Below are positions 1-13,797 of a DNA stretch of 64,000 nucleotides, piece by piece. A program made the translations under genes and the position numbers. The notes beneath the pieces are model-generated. The model saw only the letters and a list, made by a program, of their open reading frames with translations. It did no database searches and was not told the origin of the DNA. The stretch spans positions 17,794,001 through 17,858,000 of the forward strand of contig JAQFVV010000005.1 in the NCBI GenBank assembly GCA_028023455.1. The letters are read 5' to 3'. Within the stretch, counting starts at the first letter, position 1. Every line of letters starts with the position of its first letter. The stretch comes from Epiperipatus broadwayi. Lineage: Eukaryota; Animalia; Onychophora.

Positions 1-1816
1 CAAGGGCTATATTCAGTTTCAACGATCCCCTTCATTAAAAACAAGCACCAATTTCCAGAATTTCCAATCTGCAGCCAATCTTGATGAAGCCTTTGGGAAT
101 AAAAATTTTGGAAAAAGTTTTAAAAGAAAAAATTGAATAATATATAATACCATTATTACCACAACATCAGTATGTAAGAAAAGGTTCATCAACAGACCAA
201 GCAGCACTAATATACAAAACAATCATTAATTCACTAATAAAAAGGGGGGGGAATGCCTCAACGACTGTGCAGTTAGATTTTGAAAGTGCATTTGATTCAG
301 TGGTAATCAAACTACTGTTAATTCAAGTTAAAAAAAACAGAAGTACCTTGCTCAATCTTGTATACAATCACCAATCTGCTACTAAACAGAGAAATTCACA
401 TCACACTCAATGGAAGATCTTTGTCATCTTTCTACCCCAGCCAATCAATCCCACTAGAATGTCCACTCAGTACATTTTTATTTACATTATATTTAAATTC
501 CTTACTAGAGCAAATTAAAAAAAATCCAAGGAATTCCAATTCTACACATCAACACATACATACCATATACAGTTTACATGGATGATGTTACAGTATTTCT
601 ACAACCAAAGGAGCAATTGTCTATACTTCAGGAAATCATAAAGATTATACAGCAAAGTTCAGGTTAAAAATCAACACCAATAAATCAGCTGCATGGGCAA
701 TATTCATTGGTAAATTAAACACACATATATCAAGGAAAACATACTATGTTTCTGTGTTTCCCTTTCCATTGGGGGATGAATCAAATGAGAATGAAAATAC
801 AAGCAAACAAAATAAAATCAGAAAGAATCACTTTCAAAATCCTCTCATTCACTCTGCTCAAAAGGATCATTATACAATTCACTTATTATGACAAAAATCA
901 CCTATTATATGCCACTAATAAATTTCACAAAATCATTTATTACAGCAATTAATTCACTATGCAACAAGCTACTATGGAAAAGAAAAGTAGTAGTCCTATC
1001 AATAAAACAACTAAACTGCCATATAAAATGGAATGGTCTTGGACTACATGCAATATCAGTATTTCACACCCAAAAAACAGTAAACCTGCTTATAGCCATA
1101 TTTGGATGCTTTTCAGAGATGCAGGTAATAATAGAAAATACATCCACCGATTGGCCTCCCCATACATATAACAACATCTCTACCCTGATTGCAATATATG
1201 GACTCATAAGGAACAAATATAACACTAAAAACACAAATAAATACATATATTGGCAAATACAAAATTACTGTTTCCAGATCAAGCAGTGAATAACCAACCC
1301 ACAGTACTGGGAATAAATAATGGCCAACTGTTAAGCAAGTTCAAAAGATGGTGGATGGAAACACAATTTTTTGATTTTATTATCAAACTTAACCTGAATG
1401 CCTTACCAACAACTACTTTATTTGGTATGCTATGTCATAGAAAGAAAGAAATACAATCCTACTTCCTATATAATTCTCTAGCTCTAGAAAAAGTGTGACT
1501 AATGATTCAGAACTATAGAAAAAATGGTATAACAATAGATGATATACTAGATGCAAGCAAAAAACAGCAATATCAATAATATGTGCAGCCACCCTCAGCT
1601 TACATGCATACCATTGCACCCATTGCACATTAACATTTGGAAACAATCCAAGAAGATCCCAACACCTACTACAATAAACTAAAAAAACCTCAAGGATAGA
1701 GATAATATTTTTGCACCACACGTATTTTTACGGCAACATAATCTCTCTTCAACATGCACTCAGTATTATGATAAAGACTGGAATTAGTACTCTTTAAAAA
1801 ATAATTAAAAAAAAAA
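1..1816 (+). mobile_element. Decayed L1/Tx1-like non-LTR retrotransposon, RT domain and 3' end
   Basis: Frameshifted RT motifs LDFESAFDSV (~270-300) and VYMDDVTVFL (~572-600); C-terminal LPT...LCH... zinc-finger-like segment (1400-1500); A-rich run at ~1795-1816. Many stops. Confidence 0.8.
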
Positions 1817-1868
1817 TGAAATCAGCTAATGCACCCCCCCCCCATGGCCAATCATCATAATAATGAAT

Positions 1869-2178
1869 ACAGGGTATGAGCACAGACTTTCACATGAACC
1901 ACCACTCTCCACACTATCTCATAACACTGATACACCTGAACACACATATGTCGAAAAGATAAATAATCACCAATATATGGACCAACTGATGATTGCTGGT
2001 TTAGCATGAAATACGTATATTGGTGATTATTTATCTTTTCGACATATGTGTGTTCAGGTGTATCAGTGTTATGAGATAGTGTGGAGAGTGGTGGCTCATG
2101 TGAAAGTCTGTGCTCATACCCTGTCTATTACATATATAGACACAGGTATATATATAAGCCTATGTATTCCAGCTATTA
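1869..2178. mobile_element. Family A hammerhead-bearing non-autonomous retroposon (inverted arm 1869-1978, sense arm 1979-2178)
   Basis: Homologous to copies at 15.6, 31.9, 47.8, 60.4 and 61.9 kb; flanked by 13-bp direct repeat CATAATAATGAAT (1856-1868, 2179-2191). Confidence 0.85.
1981..2024 (+). ncRNA. Type I minimal hammerhead ribozyme, family A (intact)
   Basis: ACCAA-CUGAUGA-U UGCU GGUUU AGCA U-GAAA-UACGUA-UA-UUGGU: stem I ACCAA/UUGGU, stem II UGCU/AGCA, palindromic stem III AUACGUAU, predicted cleavage after A2019. Confidence 0.9.
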
Positions 2179-2639
2179 CATAATAATGAATGTTTTTTTT
2201 CCTGGTTGAACAAGGTAACTTTCAGAATCAAGGACTAAACCAATATTAAAAAAAAATTTTCATATAAGTATGTGTAACCAAGTGATACTCAATAAAATTT
2301 GCTTTGAAACATAATAATAACAACAACAATAATCATCATCATCATCAATTCAATTTATTCTATGAAATAAATACAAAGTACATAGCAATTTTTTGAAATC
2401 TCCAAACAAGAAAAATCTTGTGCATGGAGTTTACATATAAAGAGTAACAAGTTAAAAAAAATAAAAATAGCAAAAAAGTACAATTTAGAAAATAAATAAA
2501 TAAATAAAACAAAAATAAAAATAGGAATATAAATAAATGCCAAAATTAATACACTCTACACAACTTCTGACATAAATACTTTTTAAAAGATAAATGAGAA
2601 ATATTATTCAAGTCAATTGAACAGTCATAAACAAATTTA

Positions 2640-3130
2640 TTAAATAATTTTAAACCAGAATAGACATGTCTTCTACTAGATTCCTTGAAAAAATTTGGTA
2701 AAACTAATTGAAATTTATTAGAAAGAAGAGTATTTAGAACAGAAACTCTAGGATGCAGAAAAAGTTTAATACAAAAATTGTGATTTACATCAAATAAACC
2801 ATGCTCAATAAAAATATCTCAAACAGAAGAGAATCAAGATCCATCAAAAATAATGTGCAAAGTATAATTTTGTAAACCACACAAAAAGATAGAATATATG
2901 GAAAAGTATTATAGGATAAAATGCTCTAATAACAGGCAATATAAATAAAAAGAAGAACTGACCTAGGAAGAAATTTAGCTAAATAATAAACATATAATTT
3001 ACTTTATGTAACCGTTTACAACGATAAGTAATATGATTTGTCCAGAACAATCTGGAGTCAATATATATTCCTAAATAACAATAATTATTTACCAAAGGAA
3101 TATTCTTACATATTATTAAAATGCAGAATA
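2640..3130 (-). mobile_element. Non-LTR retrotransposon RT C-terminal fragment (CR1/Jockey/L2-like)
   Basis: ORF 2979-3311 contains IPLVNNYCYLGIYIDSRLFWTNHI, matching the YLG..D..L.W..HI post-catalytic RT motif. Confidence 0.6.
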
Positions 3131-3274
3131 TATCTACAGCAAATTTTAATTTTAAGAGAGAAAAAAGTATGCTTATAAGAAATAAGTATGCTTTGGTTTT
3201 ATCCAAATTTAGTAATAAAGATGAAGAAGAATAGCAACTACTGTAACTACTACTTCTTAAACAATTCAAAACAA

Positions 3275-3325
3275 AACAACACTCTCCATATAGTAGTAAG
3301 ATAGTGATCATGTGATGTTTAGTGG
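3275..3325 (-). repeat. Short fragment of the family B 3' end variant
   Basis: Reverse complement reads CATCACATGATCAC...CTACTATATGGAGAG, the same two motifs found at 20448-20480 and 46524-46586. Confidence 0.4.
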
Positions 3326-3779
3326 TTTAACTACTGCTACTATTATCATTATTTTCATTTACTTATAATGAAGTCTCTTCCAGCAATTCATTTTCTGAAA
3401 ATAATCATTTCATGGGAGATTGGATGATTAGTTTTTGCATGCATAATATAAACTTGGTTTACAAAAACTTAATTTACTTTGAAATCTCTGAATACAGCCA
3501 TGATAACAGGTTGTAGGCTAAAAAAGATGCTGTATTTTATTTATCAATATTTGTTGTAACTATATTATAATTTGTAATTGTTAATAAATTTTAATTATAA
3601 AAGAGGAAAGTCATAATGATTTCACGATGTAATTTTAAATGTAAGAATGTATTAAAGTTAAAGGCATGACTTTTTTATATTTTATTTTAAAAAAGATATT
3701 ACAATAATAATCATATTTGTTGCACTGAAGATCATGTGATATTCAAGTAGTGGATTTTTAAACAAAATTGAGATTTAGT

Positions 3780-5950
3780 TTCTATTTTCATTACTTAGCT
3801 GAGAACTGATTCTGGAAAACTACCTATAAATCTATCCTTTACCATTATGCTAAAGAGATAGGCCATTACAACAAATTGTTTTAATGGAATGGTAAACTAA
3901 CACTAATAATGTATTGTCTAAAATTGCCAGAAGTGGCTCTGGAATAAAGTAAAGAGAACTGCTTCTGAAATCATGTATAATTAGTGACCTAATGCCAGAT
4001 CTATATTATTAAAAGAAGTGGTTAAGTTCAAAATTTTAGGGATTTTTTGAATTTCAATCTATTAGATTTATATTATAAAGAGATAAATATTTCTGCTAGA
4101 TATTATAAGTGCAATTCAAATTCTCCACTGACAAATACTATAAGCCAGAAGTTAAGCTAAGGCATAAATGTACTAACTCTATTATTAAATACCAAAGATT
4201 ATAACAGGTGATTCTAGAGTAGAGCAAATGAAACTGCTCCAGATCATAATATTTTAGATATCTAAACCTAAAACAACAATATAAAGTCTCTATGAGGGAG
4301 CCAGGGATTCCAGTTAACTCTATTACTGACTCCCCATTTTTTATTTCCATTTTCCTAGTTTGGGAAACTAAGCCTTCCTAACACTATTCAAAGTTAAAAG
4401 AGCAATCTCTTAACTCTCTTTCCATACAAGGATTATGTCACCATCTGTTAACAGGTAAGGATAATTACAACCTTTCTTTATAACACTGGGAAAATTAAAT
4501 CACCATCGTTAATTATTCTAGAGATTTCTATGGTAATTTTGGTTTCTAAGAAGAAATTGGATTTCACTTTGCTTTGCTGACTGAGTGAGGGAGTCTGAAT
4601 ATTGGGAAAAATCCCCCAGGATCTAAATCCTAGTTCTTATGGAGGTGTGGGCTGGGATAAGGATGCTGTGGGGGGATCATTACTGAATTGGATTTTCTTG
4701 TTGGTTGGAAAAACATAACGTTACTTCTTGCAGTTCTAGTGCTTTTGTTGTAAACCAGAGATTTTACCTTTACTGATTGAGTGGGGGGGAGTCTGGTGGT
4801 TGGGAGGGTCCCTGGAATCCTAAATCACAGCTCTTATGGTGTGGTGAGTTGTGAGGAGGGTGTTAAGGAGGTTATTACCAATTTAGATTTTCTCATTCAT
4901 AAGAAAGCAATTGAAACATTACTTATTGTAGTTTTGGCACTTTTGTTATAGGCCAAACATTTTACCATTGCTTTCTGAATGGGATATGGGGGTTGTAGAG
5001 TCCCTGGGAGCCTAAATCACAGTTCTTTGGAGAGGAAACTGTGAGGAGGGTGTTTAAGGGGATTGTTTCCAATTCCCATTCCCTCATTCCTAAGAAAGCA
5101 ATAGTCGCATTACTTATAGCAGGTTGGATGCAGTTATTAAAACCAGAGACTTTACCTAGTAAAGATCAATTTTGCTGAGCAGTAATTTATTTGGGTCTGC
5201 ATCTGTACCTTATTGCCTTAAGATGTCTCTCAAGCACTCACTCACCTATTTTAAATTGGATCACATAATAGACTCAAAACGTTATTCATTATTAAAGTCT
5301 AAACTTCATAGAGAGAATCACATATAATAAACTCTCAAAACCTTATTCATTATTGAAGTCTAAACTTCATAGATCATCTCTAATTATAACAATCAATCAC
5401 TACCAATTAGCCCATGGAATAAGGTCCCCAATGGTTAATCAGCCATGCACTAATGCTCCTGGTTTTCACTGAATCTCAAGTTGTTGAAACAAGATAGAAA
5501 TTCAATTCCTGGAGTCAGTTTTGTATTATACGATGTAAATCAACAGTGGCTCTTGGGATTAAGAATCGACTTTTATATAACACATAATGTAAGCTGATAA
5601 CTTTGAGGACACATACTAAGGCTCCTGATTTAAAAATGAAGGAAAACTTTACAAGCCAGCTAAAGAAATTCCGGGAGTTTTCTACAGTGATTAAACCTTT
5701 GGAATAAAACTACTATTTCACTATCTCACCAACTGTCTCAATGACTGTCCTTGGAATAATAACTGAAGAGATACTACTTCGAACTCTTCTATTGCCCAGG
5801 GAGAGCAATCTCATGAACTCTTAACTTGACTCGTTGCCTCCCTCTTAAGAAATCCTATGCTCCGCTCTGGCTCTGACATCTATATTTCCGCTTGCTGCTT
5901 TATTACTACATTATTGCCATTGCTTAATTTCAAAGAAGTCAATCTATGTA
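3780..5950 (-). mobile_element. Possible decayed non-LTR ORF1 plus APE endonuclease remnant
   Basis: Higher GC than flanks. Minus-strand fragments weakly resemble APE motifs (VSGEFEL ~ GDFN; KDRFIGS ~ RIDRFLVS) and an ORF1-like region. Heavily interrupted. Confidence 0.35.
4565..5170. repeat. Three imperfect tandem units of ~190-200 bp
   Basis: Recurrent TTTTACC...CCTAAATCACAG...GAGGAGGGTGTT blocks; unit anchors near 4770, 4965 and 5160. Confidence 0.7.
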
Positions 5951-6107
5951 CTTCATTGTAATTCAACCCTATGCACACCTTAGGTTTGAAATAAAGTTCA
6001 TTTTAAAAATAAAACAACAATAAATAAAGATTAACCATAAATTAAATGTCTGCTGCTAAATGATACTTTTACCAATAATCGTGAAAAATATAACGTGACA
6101 ATCGTGG

Positions 6108-6224
6108 TTTTTTTTTTTTTTTCCATATGTCATAGCATCGGCCGGGACGCGAACCCACAACCGTCTGCAACCAACTACTTGCTTGCATGGCAGCTGCGAT
6201 ACCTCTCGGCTAACAACGCAAGAC
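6108..6224 (-). mobile_element. tRNA-derived SINE (subfamily with TGC loop and longer variable region)
   Basis: Minus strand: A-box TAGCCGAGAGG, B-box-like GGTTCGCGTCC, 3' ATGACATATGG followed by poly(A). Confidence 0.8.
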
Positions 6225-6879
6225 ATGTTTTTGTTTTTTGTGGAGAAAACATTAACTCTCTTTTTTTTATCCTCCAGACAAATACCTTGAACTATCGAAA
6301 CAATAGTCAAGCTCTACAGATATAAATTCCAATTAAGGACATAGCAAATATCCTAATTACAAAACTATAATTAGGCACTTTACAAAAAAGTATTCTTGGG
6401 CTAAAAATTTATTTGTACAATTTTTCAGTTTTTTTTAAAAAAAAATAAATATTATTTAGCTACTTCATCGTTATTCATGTTTAATCGCCATTTCTTCTTT
6501 TTCTTAGAGCATATATTTTATGAGATATCTTAAATATAATTATTTTTAATATCCCATAACTTTATTAAGAAATGCTAAATGTTTCGTTTTATAAGAATTA
6601 AATATTTCTTAAGCTGATAAGAAAAAAAAATCGTAACTGAATAGAAAAGATTTTCCATAAAAAATAACTCTCCAGGAAATATGAGATTACCTACAAGTTA
6701 TGCAGGTGAGTATAAATTAATTATTTTAGGATCACTTGTTGATTTTGTCTCTCTTTTCAGGATTAAACTAAAATGAATAAACTTAAGATAAAATTAATGC
6801 AATATTTTCCCTGACTGTTCATATATTCTTTCACTAAATATCAAAAGACATTATATCACAGAAAATGTATAACAAGTTA

Positions 6880-7340
6880 TTAATTAGAACAAATTTATTA
6901 TTAACCCAAGATATAATGCCATTTTCTATGACATGATTTAAATCAAGTTACACTTTGTAGATATTCAACTAACAATTCTTACAATCAAATAAAATATACA
7001 TCATTTTCTAGGTCTGGCAGTTGATCTTTCTAGGGTGTTACTGAAGTCTTTTCAACAAATTTAGGGACCCCCCCCCATAATCACTTCACTTATCTATTTC
7101 ACAAATGGAATTTAGTAGCCTTTGACTTATGTTGTAATTGTGGGCATGAAAATAGTAGTTGCAAATCTACAAATGCAGTAATAGAATTGAAGAACTTCAT
7201 AAATTTATCTCTTAACCTCTTCAGATTATTTATACTATTTGTTATACTTAACTGTCCAAAAAATCCAAATGCTAAATAAACTATATCCTTTTTCAAAAAC
7301 AACAACAAGGTAATCTGGAAAAGTGCTATCATTTTGGATT
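6880..7340 (-). mobile_element. Possible decayed Penelope-like RT fragment
   Basis: In order on the minus strand: SITNSINNLKRL (~IKNS.DF..KL), AFVDLQLLFSCP (~SFDV.SLFT.IP), MGGVP (~MGSP), ENDVYFI (~VDDIFII). Many stops. Confidence 0.4.
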
Positions 7341-8348
7341 CACTTTATGTATTCATAGATTAGATTTGGAAACAACAAAGAATATGACTTTTTAAGAGAC
7401 TTTAAAATATATATTTTTTAGGTTAAAGAAGTACACTCACTGAAATCAATGTAATATGACATATTCATGACTTGTAATGTGAATGTGGTTTGGGTGGATT
7501 ACTTTCAATCAATAATGGGAAAAAATCTTCAGCAATTTTTATGTTGGATAGTTATCAATTTAAAAATGTGAGATAGTTTCAATATCTTGGGAGTTTTTAA
7601 GTAGAAATGTAGACTTAGATGTCGAGATGTGGCACAAACTCAGTATGCTACTTTTAACAAGTTAATAGATAGATATGGAATTACAGTTACATTTGTTGTA
7701 TATAATAATGTTATTTTATTTAACTTTTTGTAAGGATGCAAGATTTGGATCTTTACTGATTTAATGAGAAGGTATTAGAAAATTTTTAAAGATATTCCAT
7801 ACATTTTTTTTTTTAAAAGTCAAGATTAAACAATCAATTAATATGTTCTTCATCTGGTTTAATGTGAAACTATCACATCATTGAATTGGACATATGAAAC
7901 CTTCCAAAAAAGTATTTTACAGTGAATATCAGTGTGATTTGCATGAGAGCAGCAGACACCATTTATGTTATACAGATTATCTCAGATGCACCAAAGAGTC
8001 GCAACATGCTTTTATAAAAAATATAGTTGAGATAAAGTACATCGAAGAGTCACAGTTAGACATGGTGTAGAAATATTTCAGAAAGAAAAATTTGCTGCAG
8101 AAGAAATTAAAAGACAGCATGTAAAATATCAAATAAACAAAATAATGAATGAGTTTGTCTTCTATGTGTGAGTGTATTTGTGATTCATTGATAGTTTTGT
8201 ACAATTCATTTTTAATAAATTGTCTTTCTATTTTTTTTCCCTTTAAGTTCAAAAGCCCATCCTTATTTGCGAGTGAATGATGATGATGATTGGTTTAAAG
8301 TAATATGCATAACGAATAATGATATTGTACATCATTTACTATTCAAGA

Positions 8349-8470
8349 TAAGTAATATTTATCGAGGCTGTAACCTCGAGAATATGCGTGTAAAATGTGA
8401 TAGTACGGACCTCTACAGGTGTTTTAACCACAAGCTTACGGAATTAATGTGCGTTTAATAAATTCATAAT
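8349..8470 (+). repeat. Dispersed repeat family E (with inversion junction)
   Basis: AGGCTGTAACCTCGAG...GGACCTCTACAGGT...AACCACAAGCTTAC, shared with 11.9, 27.7, 46.5 and 56.1 kb. Confidence 0.75.
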
Positions 8471-8974
8471 TAATCAAGATAAACTAAACTCCACCAAATT
8501 ATATAAAAGAAATGCGAATCTTTAAATTATAATGATACTTTAATATTTCTTCAGCTTCGTATTACAGCTATTTTAAGAAACGGAATTTATTATTACTGTA
8601 TTACAATTAATTTATAAAGCCGTTAGTCCAAGGTGAGTTATTATTAATAATAATATTTAAAAACAATCAATTAAATTATAATTAAAAGACAATTTTAAAG
8701 GAAAATAAAAACGAGGCAAACAATATAAATAATTATTCAAGTCATCTGAAATTACTACATATATTCATCTCGACATTATTCTGTAAATAACCAAGCTATT
8801 GAATGATCATATGACAGAAAGCAAAAATGAAAACAGTAAGCCCTAATAACCCAGTGAATGTAATTAGAGTTTTTAATTATATATAAAAAGATAGAATAAG
8901 AAATTACTAGCGCATTCAACAATTAAAAATAGTGTAGAATTCTGACCAAAAAGATTAATTATTTCACCTCAAAT

Positions 8975-8988
8975 GTTGCCACGGTAAC
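8975..8988. promoter_or_regulatory. RFX X-box-like motif
   Basis: GTTGCCACGGTAAC matches the GTYRCC-N0-3-RGYAAC X-box consensus; no linked gene identified. Confidence 0.35.
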
Positions 8989-9349
8989 AAAGTTTAATGT
9001 AATAAATCACACAGGAGAAATCATAACCACTTAATCTAAATCAATAAATTAATAGCATACGTTGGTGGCAAATCATGACTATTAAGTTCATGAAATGAGT
9101 AAATTACTCTTCTCAAATATATCCGGAACTAGTAAATAGGGAGAGGGGCTTCTTAAAAGCATCATATACATATTAAAACTAATTAAATGCCAATAAACAT
9201 GAATTTATTAGTCAACACACACAATAAAATACATTCGACTTATGGTGGAAAAACTTGGATTACAAAATAATTGTGCATTTATTAAAAACACATAGAATTC
9301 CAAATAAAAAGATGCTTATTATATACATATTACAGTCTGTCTCAGTGAT

Positions 9350-9664
9350 TAGATTATTAGTTCATTCTCCAATCTGCTTGCCATCTCTGAATCAATATAT
9401 GTCTGAAATAGTGGCATAGTTTACTTATTCATCACAAAAATTTGAAGCTGCAAGCATATTTATCTGGATTATAAGTTATAACAAAATGCGACAATGTTTC
9501 ATAATTTTATAGAAAATACATTGCCATAATAAAGTCCTGCAATCCATTAGGAAACATTTTTGAAACTCATGGCTTCATTACTATACACACAGAATCATTT
9601 TAAACATTTCACTAGTAGTTTTCCTCAATTTGAAACAAAATTTAATATATGCATATTGTTCCAT
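9350..9664 (-). mobile_element. Mariner transposase remnant (N-terminal HTH, internally deleted)
   Basis: Minus strand MEQYAYIKFCFKLRKTTSEMFKMILCVYSNEAMS, similar to the mariner N-terminus MEQR..IKFCFKLGK..TE.F.M. Confidence 0.6.
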
Positions 9665-11714
9665 TATGGGTTTTCTATGGATACAAAATACAATACCACT
9701 ATAACTCATGAAATAGACATGCTAATACCCTAAAATTTTTGTAATGACACTGTGTAAGTAAAAGATGCAAGGTCCAAAGATTGTAATGCATATAACTTGG
9801 ATCAGCCACCTTTTCATTGGGACACATATATAACTAATGGTACTGAACATATCTAACTTACAACATCATCCAATATTGATTGGCAAAGGGTATATCAAAA
9901 ATTTTAAAAAGGCTCAAATCTTCAACACCTGACAATTGGCAAACCAGATAAGCACTGCCTTTTTTCCCCCTGTCCCTATAAGGGAGTATTGGAGAGGCTT
10001 TTGCTCATTTATTAATCAATCTATTTATCTTTTTTAATGAGTTTAGTCTCAAAAGATAGCTGTATTTGTTGATTAATACATATAGATATAAATATTTAAG
10101 TTAAAGAATTTAAAATCAAATACTAAAGAGTAAACAAAAATGAATTTATACATGACTATAGACTCATAAAAAAGCACATTTATTACTTGACAAGTATATA
10201 TATACTGTAACCTAAAAAATAACATATCAATTCACTGATAACAATAAAGATGTAAGCTAATAATGATGACAATGAAGGGTGGGCTAGCTCTTATGCTGCT
10301 CTAAAGATAAACAAAATATCCAGGAGAATGTTTTGATACTCTCTCTGAAAACAAATTTTATATCTTATGCAGCAAAATTATACAAAGTTAGGTTACTTTA
10401 AAATGTTCTTAATCAAATAAATCTTTCTTAAGCATATTGGATCTTACAAGTAAAATAAAGCTTTGCTTAAGTAAATCTGATCTTATAAGCAATATAATAT
10501 TTTCTTAGACCAATTAAATCTCATAATCAAAATAATCATTTCTAAAATAATTCAGATCTCAGGCAAAATAATTCTTTCTAAATAATTCAGATTTCAGGGT
10601 TCTTGCGCTAATAAATTCTTTAATAATCTAATACAATCTTATTCTTCTTTTTAATTTCTTACACCAACAATGAATATGATCTTAGTAATAATAATAACAA
10701 TAAGATACCCTATCTTTAAGACGAGATTATATATAACTATTAATTTTAAAATCAATCATGAAAACATTTATGTAAAAATAATTATAATATACCAGATTAG
10801 ATTTGTGGTAATATGAGAAAGAAAGGGATTTGTTGCTATCCATATATCACACGAACAGATTCTCCTCTGATTTTCAATCATAACAAAATAAAGTAATCTT
10901 ATAACTTTAATCCAAGGTAAACTAAAATGATCTTATCCATGGTTATTATCTTAACATCAGCAATATAAAAATTAATAAAGTGATTTTTATCATATTCTTC
11001 TTGTACTCGTATATTCTTATATCACAATAATAAAAATGTGTGAATTTTACGTATTACTGAGAATGCAGATGACAGTTAGGAATACAAATTCAAAGATTAA
11101 TAATTAAAACAATATTTATTGATATTAATAAGCATGATAAAAATAATCATGAAATTAAAAAATCCATATTTGGAATAAAATTTTAAGATACAATTGAAAA
11201 TAATAAAAATAAGTAAATCCAAAATCTTTATATGATTTTCTATGAATTCATAAAGTTCTCTCATTTTAATAATCTCACTTTCAGTTGCATAAGTCCCTGT
11301 AAGAAATGTATTTAGTACTCTAATAAATATAAATCTTATCATCCTTGTGGCATGATAATTTGGAAGAAGATGTATATATTTTAGAGTCATGTAAACAATT
11401 ATAAATTTAATAGTAAAATATTTTATTGAGGTTTTAAAAGTACATCAGATATTCAAATTGGACATATAAACATAATCAACATATCAAAACTATTCTGAGC
11501 TTATCAAAAGAACAAATAAACACATGGATGGCCTCACACATGACTTTTAACATATTTCAAGTAACCAGTATAAAGACATGGTTGGCATCACACAATTTTA
11601 ACAGCACTTCAAAAGCAAAATGATGACATGGTTGGTATCACACATAACTTTAATAAAATATCATCTAGGTAAAAGAAAGGCAAAATGAAATGAAAGAATA
11701 AACTTACAATAACA

Positions 11715-11965
11715 TCTTTATAAATTTATTTAACGCACACTGATTATGTAAGTAATATTTACTAAGGCAATAAATAAACCTAAAGCATATGCACTCTCAG
11801 ATCTAACCACTTCAGCTTCACCTATTTATATAGAAAGTAGGTTGAAGTAAAGAAGGGTTCACCTCTTTTTGTCCAATGCATAAGCTTGTGGTTAAGACCT
11901 GTAAAGGTCGCTACCTTCGCATTTTCAACCGCACATGCTTTAAGCTTATTGCCTTAGTAAATAAC
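11715..11965. repeat. Family E copy with short inverted arm
   Basis: AAGCTTGTGGTTAAGACCTGTAAAGGTC at ~11882; TATTTACTAAGGCAATAA (~11756) is inverted relative to TTATTGCCTTAGTAAATA (~11946). Confidence 0.65.
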
Positions 11966-12941
11966 ACCTTTACAATATTGCAATAAAGAATTAGGACTTT
12001 GTCTCTAATCTTAAAATACAAAAATAAACTATCAAAAAGGTTTGCCTAAAATATAGCATTTTATACTAAATATCACTTAAGATATAATAAAGCTCACCAG
12101 AATGATAAAACAATCTGTAAAAATAGAGATAAGACTACTATCTCATATAATGACAACTAAATGATATGTAAAACCAATAAAATATAGCAATGTCTAGGCA
12201 TATAAATTTATGGCTAAACAATTTAATAATAAAAATATACATCAGCTTCACAAATTTTTTCATACATTTATTCACGTTCAAAACAACTCCATAAGGGATT
12301 AATACGACACACTCTAAAAATATTTCATATGATAGTAATATTCTAAAAACTATACTTATAGATATATTAAAACTATGAATAAATAATAAATAGGAAAATT
12401 CATAGATATAATGCATACATGAGCCATTTTATCAATTAATAAACTAATAGTCCTTAAATCTTAGTTTTCCTACCATTTAACAGAATAGCAGTCTAATAAA
12501 GAATCCTTGGACTTGCTGAAAAATTTGTAGACAGTCTGAACAATATAATTAACAAACAGACAAATAAAATATAATATTTAAAACACCGACATAACTGAAT
12601 TAGTCATTCTAAGCAATAATATAGTATTTATTTAATAACATGATGATAAACAATTGACATAAAATAATGAAATAAACAGTAATAAGCATCACATATATTT
12701 TTTAAATAGCACATTAAATAATAATAAACATTGTGGAGATTTTAGATAAATGATAATATCTTCTTTTTGGAAATATAACTCATAGCTTCCTGTGATGAAT
12801 ATTAACGAATAGCAAACATATTTTATCAGAATAATGCAAAATAATATACAAAATGTTGAGGAGCTATAAGTAATTTTTTTAAATATGAGCACAATAATCT
12901 TTATTTATATATTATATTTAATGTTTTCATGGTTATATGAT

Positions 12942-13315
12942 GTAGATAAAATAATATTTTTGGGTATAAACCGTGTATTATTTTGCATTACAATCCGATA
13001 TTTCGATGGACTAGTAACTGCCATTATCAAGGTTAACTTTTGCAAGAAAAATCATCAGATCTCAAACAATAATGTGACTTAGTGCGAGATGAGAAATGAG
13101 ATGCACCTTGAAGTAGACTTAGTGCGAGATGAGAAATGAGATGCACCTTGAACTACTTCAAGGTGCATCTCATTTCTCATCTCGCACTAAGTCACATTAT
13201 TGTTTGAGATCTGATGATTTTTCTTGCAAAAGTTAACCTTGATAATGGCAGTAAATATCGGATTGTAATGCAAAATAATACACGGTTTATACCCAAAAAT
13301 ATTATTTTATCTATA
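12942..13315. repeat. Foldback element with internal ~39-bp tandem duplication
   Basis: Arm 12942-13115 is the near-exact reverse complement of 13154-13315; GACTTAGTGCGAGATGAGAAATGAGATGCACCTTGAA occurs twice in tandem. Confidence 0.85.
12992..13034 (-). ncRNA. Putative hammerhead with U3:A8 core (family H)
   Basis: AACC-UUGAUAA-UGG..CCA UC-GAAA-UA-UC-GGAUU; short stem I with a bulge, AUAU palindromic stem III. The opposite arm has lost 13 nt of this motif. Confidence 0.5.
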
Positions 13316-13797
13316 TATATATTATAAAATAAAGAAAACATTTCAGGAGACAATAATGAATAATATTTATACTTTCTTGGCAATAAAATATTTTCAAATA
13401 GCAAGCAAACATATCTAATGAATATAAGTCTTTGTTGGCAAACATGAATTAAAGAGTAGTGAGTCCAGTTCATCTTATATTTTATCTTTCAAAGACAGAC
13501 AAAATATTTATTAGTAAAATATAGACAATTTGAACATAATTTTATTTCTTATATTATAGTGAAGTAAATATTTCCACATTAACATTAAATAATAGATATT
13601 ATTCATAGAAAATACATAATGACATTTATTTATTCACAAAATATTTTCTTAGCAAGAAATAATACATAATGATTAGAATATATCATGTATCCATTTTATA
13701 AATAATGAAATACAGATTTTATTCCTTTTAAACAAGAATATATTGCAATAATAATTTCTGAGTAGCATTTAAAAAGAAGTAAACATATAATTAACTA

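Noticed and set aside
6677-6760. Plus-strand micro-exon and short intron (GTGAGT...TTTTCAG)
   Set aside because: Good splice words but no sustained downstream frame or other support.
10600-11500. Possible minus-strand Penelope thumb/endonuclease fossil (ORF 11097-11390)
   Set aside because: Only faint motif resemblance; needs an HMM search.
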